DNA from: Eledone cirrhosa
Taxonomy: Eukaryota
Assembly: GCA_964016885.1 (NCBI GenBank)
Contig: OZ024740.1
Span: 30,566,001 to 30,630,000 of the forward strand
Direction of reading: 5' to 3'
DNA: 64,000 nucleotides
Shown here: piece after piece, positions 58,262 to 64,000 of the stretch
How positions within the stretch are numbered: the first letter of the stretch is position 1
Layout of the letters: every line of letters begins with the position of its first letter
Position numbers and translations under genes: made by a program
The notes under the pieces: model-generated
Seen by the model: only the letters and a program-made list of their open reading frames with translations
Told to the model about the DNA's origin: nothing
Databases searched by the model: none

Positions 58262-58495
58262 TTAACAATTATAACACTCAAAGGCGGAGGGGGTATTTAT
58301 GTCAAGGCCGTAGAAGAGATGGCTTGACATAAATAACCTCTCCGCCTTTTGTGGTATTTTTCTCTTGGTTGTAAGAGGCTTAGCTCTGTTTCTTGACCGC
58401 TGTATCACGTGATGAACTCCCCCTCCGCCTTTCGGGATTCTATCTCGCGTCCTACGGACGTGTTTTGAAACTCTAAATGAGGTATCCTCTTGATA
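58262..58495. mobile_element. Non-autonomous DNA element fragment with subterminal inverted repeats, possibly Crypton-like
   Basis: Starts TTAACAATTAT. Inverted repeat AAAGGCGGAGGGGGTATTTATGTCAAGGCC / GGCTTGACATAAATAACCTCTCCGCCTTT (58280-58349) and a third CCCCCTCCGCCTTT at ~58419. Family assignment rests on recalled resemblance only; right end uncertain. Confidence 0.4.
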
Positions 58496-58889
58496 AGTCG
58501 GCAAACCTCACAAAAATACTGTATATCTGTGATGTAGTGTTTTTGCATAATATGCCACGAAACTACGTAGTCGAGGATAATGAAGGAATTTGGGTATGGT
58601 ATATCTTATTAATTATATCATGGATATATGTGAGTATATTCATGTATATGTATGTATATATATACACACACACAATATAAAAAATACACAGACACATGCG
58701 AATACATACATATACATGAATATACTCACATATATCCATGAATTTGTGTGGTGCCAACCTTAACCGTTGTTGTATATATATATATATACACACACACAAT
58801 ATATACGAATAATACTTATATATGTGTTAAATCCGGTGGTAATCAGCAAGTCAGTAGATAGCTCAGTAGGTTCGAATCCGTCTAGTAAC

Positions 58890-59023
58890 TTAGAATTAGG
58901 GCTAGGAGTAGAACTACGGTCGGAATTAGGTTTAAAATTAGGGGTAGAACTAGGGTTATAAGTAGGGTTAAAATTAGGGTTGGAACTAGGGTTAAAAATA
59001 GGGTTAAAATTAGAATTAAGGGT
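58890..59023 (+). repeat. Degenerate telomere-like repeat with ~12-bp period (TTAGGG alternating with TTAAAA/TAGAA)
   Basis: AATTAGGGCTAG, AATTAGGTTTAA, AATTAGGGGTAG, AACTAGGGTTAT, AAGTAGGGTTAA, AATTAGGGTTGG, AACTAGGGTTAA. Confidence 0.75.
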
Positions 59024-59439
59024 CTAAAAGTAAGTAAGTAAACAAAAAAGAAAAAAATCCTCTTCCTTCGCTCTCCAAAAACAAAATACAGGGCGAATAC
59101 AGCTACGTTACCACCCACACCAGCCTCATCTCCACAAACACCAACACCACAAAAAACACCAACAAGCGAAAAAGAAACAAACCTACAACAAACGCTAACG
59201 AAACAAAGCAACCAAACCGCACTACACAGCATTAAACTTGAACACTACATCCAACACAACACCAGAATCACAGAAAATTAACACCACCCTCACACATATT
59301 CTCGAAAACATACACGACTCTAAAATTAAAATTCCCCAAGGACATCAGAGACTTCCGGCAAACATTTTCCAGGAGGATATATAAAAACATCCTTCCGGAG
59401 GGGGCCACATCTTTCCCATCTTTTTCCATTCCTTTTCAA

Positions 59440-62220
59440 CTCGGAATACGCAGCATAAATGCGTGTGGCATGGAGTCGTCATGGAATCAGGGTCACCTGC
59501 TCAAAGACCTCAGGTCAATGAACATAGATGTGGTGGCCATCAGCGAAACCAGAATTTCGGCGGTTACGATGTGTACACATCTCCATGTCGACCGGGATCG
59601 GGAGGCGGAGTCGCTGCGTTGTTTCGGAGAGGTCTGGATCTTGTGATACGGACAGAGAAGGTAAGACGGTGGTGCTGGACGTGACCAGCAGCGAAGGCTA
59701 TACTTTTAGGCTAATGGTTGTTTATGCCCCCGATAGGGGCAGGACGGCCTGATTTCTTCAGGCGACTGGAGACCTTTCTAGGAACGTCCCGCTCTTTAAT
59801 GTTAGTGGGCGATTGGAACGGGATCTTGGATGCACGCTGGGATTGTGTGGGATTAGAGGATAGAGGAGGAGAGTGGTGTATAAACCTCGCAAACCTGCTC
59901 AGATGTTTCCAACTATATGACAGGTACCGACTGGATTCCTGAATGTGCCATTGTGGACATGGACAAACCGCATCGGGTCATCCAGATCGTATCTAGATAG
60001 AGTATTTTGTAGGGAAATAGATATTTCTAGCATAGGTTGTCCACAATTCAAAATAGTCGACTACATAGACCACAAATTCATACCTATGTGGTCGACTTAG
60101 ACAGGCTTCATAGACAGGAACCCGGCTACTGGAAGCTAAACGTGTCGTTGACAGCGCGCAAAGCCTACAGAGACCGAATTAACGAACTAGTTAAGCGGGC
60201 GTTGACGGGGGCAATCGTCAACAACAAATGGTGGTTTGCCCTCAAAGGGGCAATTAGAATGGAGTCCATTAAGTTTAGTAAGACGTTAGCAATAGAGAAA
60301 AATAGAGCTTAGTAAAGGTATCGCAACCGACGTGCTTGCGGCGAAATTGGCCCTGGACCAATTCTTCAACGCAAAGCATGAAGGCTGCGTTGTCAGAGCT
60401 AGGGCGCGTGCTCTCAGAAACGAGGCGACAAAAGCCGTTCGATGGGCCCGAGTGGCGGAGGCGCGTCGTGGTAACAACGCCACGATCCGGTCTTCAGAGG
60501 ACCACGACGGGCGCATATTATTCGAACCCGACCTTTTCAGCGGCACTTCACTCAGCTGTTCGGGGGCAGTGGTGGGTCGGATCGCAGGATGAACTTTAGC
60601 ACCTACCCCGACGGACTGCCCCGGCTCTCGGCCACAGAAATGGAGCGTTGCGAAAGGCCGATAACAGCCGCTGAAATACGAGTTAAAATGACTGACTGCA
60701 CATGGGTAAATCGCTTGGTTTGGATGGTCTGCCCTACGAGCTTTACGTACGCCTGCCAGACTTGTTCCGCGACCTCTTGACGGACGTCTACTGCAACTGG
60801 CAGCAGAACCGAAAAATTCCCAGCTCTGTGAGCCGAGGAGCGGTAGTGCTGCTGAGAAAGGATCCGAACAAGGGGGACAAGATAGATAATTTCAGACCTA
60901 TAACTCTGTTAAACGAAGAGTTCAAGATTTTGGCCAAGGTGCTAGCAAAGAGGTTGGCGCTTGTTGCCGATGGTCTGGTGGGAGAAGCGCAGACATGCGC
61001 CATTCCATACAGATCCATCCACAACGACCTCCACCTCATGTGATACATCGTGGAGAGGGTAACTAACGAACCTGGCACGGAAGGGGCCTTGATCAATTTA
61101 GATCAGTTGAAAGCTTTCGATAGGGTCGACCATCGTTATTTGGCGGCGGTCCTGAGGGCGGCTGGCTTTGTGCCCGTCTTCAGAGGCTGGATTGCTGCCA
61201 TTCACAGCGACATCTGCTCTGTCACCTTTCTGTCACCTTTCTGAAACCTTCAACATCATGCGCTCGGTCCGGCAAGGATGTACCCTTTCGTCCCTGTTGT
61301 ACGTATTGACGCTCGAGATATTACTGCACAAACTGGAGACGTTGAGGGGCATCCCGCGCGAGCTGATTGCGTGAGAACCATGTCAGCATATGCCGACGAC
61401 GTCACTCTAGTGTTTTCGAGTGCCAAACACATCGAGGCGATCGGCACTACTAAGAGAATACGAGGCGGTGACGCGCTCCGATGGTCAGGCGGTCCATCTG
61501 TGGTCAACACCCGCTACGTGGAGGGTTGGGTATGCCGTGGCTGATGATGCGCAAACATGCGCTCGTGCAACGGTATCTCCATCTCTTCCTCAGCGGTGAT
61601 CAGGTGTGATCGCAGTTTGGTTGACGCATATTTCCCCAGCTCGTTTCCTTGATGGAGCTGCAGTCCTGGGTCAAGCGAAGACCGAGAGGGAGCGCTTGGA
61701 AACTGGAATGCCTTCAGGTGCTTACAGCCCTCGACCAATCGGGCAATGCGGTCGGTGGAAACTCCACCTTGGTGTTCTATAGAGGGTTAGTGGAGGGAAA
61801 GAACGACGACGTCCTTGGGAAGACATGGGCGTCGATGAAAATCAACTAGCCAATCTCTTCGGGAGAACTTTCAGGCCGGGGCTCATGGACAACTTCCAGA
61901 AATCCCTGGCGTGGCAGTGCTACAGACGAGCTTTGCTAGTTTGGGATAAACTCTACAAGTATGGAAGTGCCGTCAGGCGGGCCTGTCCGAAATGCACGCA
62001 GGGCGACGAAACCGTCCTGCACGCACACGTCCATTGTCCGAGCATTGCTGGCTTGTTGGTTTATGTCGAACACCTGCTGTCGCGTGTAGGACGGATCTGG
62101 CTATCAGCTGAGTCCATCGTGAGGATTGCCCCGCCGTCTTCCTTTTGCCAGGAAGGGCAGTTAGTTTTATCTGCCAGGTGGCCATGACGAAAGAGATCGT
62201 GCAGTGGACGCGTTTTTTCA
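59440..62220 (+). mobile_element. Decayed L1/Tx1-clade non-LTR retrotransposon ORF2 (APE endonuclease, reverse transcriptase, C-terminal zinc knuckle) with multiple frameshifts, stops and deletions
   Basis: Collinear motifs across frames: VVAISETR, GGGVAALFR, VVYAP, LVGDWNGILD, WTW..SYLDR, DHK, PGYWKLN, KS.GLDGLPYELY, NFRPITLLN..KILAKVLA.RL, LDQ.KAFDRVDH, SVRQGC.LS.LLYVL.LE, SAYADDVT (YADD 61389-61400), CPKC...ET..H...C (~61984-62037). Confidence 0.93.
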
Positions 62221-62473
62221 GCAAATTTGAATAATATTAAGATACCGTAATGGGGGTTAAACCCCCTATTATATTAGGTTTCCCCATGGGCACAAACCCC
62301 CGTTGAAAATGTTTTCCCTTCGATTTATATGAATTTTAAACCATAGGTAAATGACATGATGATATTGAAATACAGAGTTTTTCTCCATAAATTATTTCAC
62401 TGATTTAAAATCAATCATCATTTTCTTACAAAAAGAATGTGTGAAACGCAGCAAGGTGCAGTTAATTCGGGTA

Positions 62474-62474
<1 letters not shown>

Positions 62475-62551
<77 letters not shown>
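62475..62551. repeat. (TA)n microsatellite
   Basis: Direct reading. Confidence 0.95.
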
Positions 62552-62555
<4 letters not shown>

Positions 62556-63034
62556 TAATATAAAATTTGAATTTCAAATAAAAACGGCTGTTATTTCTAG
62601 CGGCACGAGTATAGGACTGGCTAGGCACTGGGACACCATGTGCGTTCAACATATTTCTCTCAGTCCTCCTAAGTATTTTGAGGTGAAACATACCAATTTT
62701 TGGATATCTGCAGATGAGCACAGAAATGGAATTTTCACTTATTGTTGCGAAACGGATTTGAGTTTTGAAATTCAAATTTATCCAGGTATCACGGCTATTG
62801 CCAATATGGGTTTGTTTTTATTGATTTATTGTTTTAAATCGAGACAGGCAAACTGTATTAATTTAATTAGTATTTTTCAATCTAGCTAACTTGGTCATTT
62901 GCAATACAAACACTTATATAATTGTATTAGTGTTTATCATATATATTAATTTATATTAATTTGTATTTCACGGCTCAGAAATATCTCTTTCTTTGAGCTA
63001 TTTAATTGTAAAAGACTGTTTGAGTTTATAACTC

Positions 63035-64000
<966 letters not shown>

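Noticed and set aside
58859-58880. tRNA gene
   Set aside because: A and B boxes overlap, with no anticodon arm or acceptor stem.
58890-59023. True telomere or chromosome fusion site
   Set aside because: Short, highly degenerate, single orientation, and no pure (TTAGGG)n run.
59463-62224. Individual ORFs as intact host genes
   Set aside because: They are frameshifted fragments or antisense shadows of one decayed LINE ORF2.
62243-62474. Possible Tc1/mariner-type MITE (TACCGTAAT...TAATTCGGGTA, hairpin GGGGGTTAAACCCCC)
   Set aside because: Terminal inverted match is too short and imperfect to support a call.

Overview
Eukaryotic, repeat-only window with no intact protein-coding gene; a recalled SINE motif suggests an octopus genome (unverified). 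Bases 1-53411 are one AT-rich tandem satellite of intermixed 33-bp (GACTACTATAGACATTATCACAATAGTGTTGTT) and 32-bp (...ATAGTGTGTT) monomers. The array contains layered higher-order duplications (about 1.86 kb, 7870 bp x2, 2119 bp x~3), one SINE fragment, and eight copies of a (TA)n-containing cassette, the last of which forms the array boundary. The remaining ~10.5 kb is a transposon graveyard. It holds a 5'-truncated Naiad-type Penelope-like element with an in-frame TGA at a conserved Cys of its CxCx5C motif (candidate selenocysteine), an inverted pLTR-like fragment with hammerhead half-motifs, and a complete type I hammerhead ribozyme. It also holds a non-autonomous Helitron-like element with internal 93-bp repeats, a second SINE copy, a Crypton-like fragment, degenerate TTAGGG-like repeats, a decayed L1/Tx1-clade LINE ORF2 and a 167-bp-arm palindrome at the window end. 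All satellite ORFs in the track are repeat artefacts.
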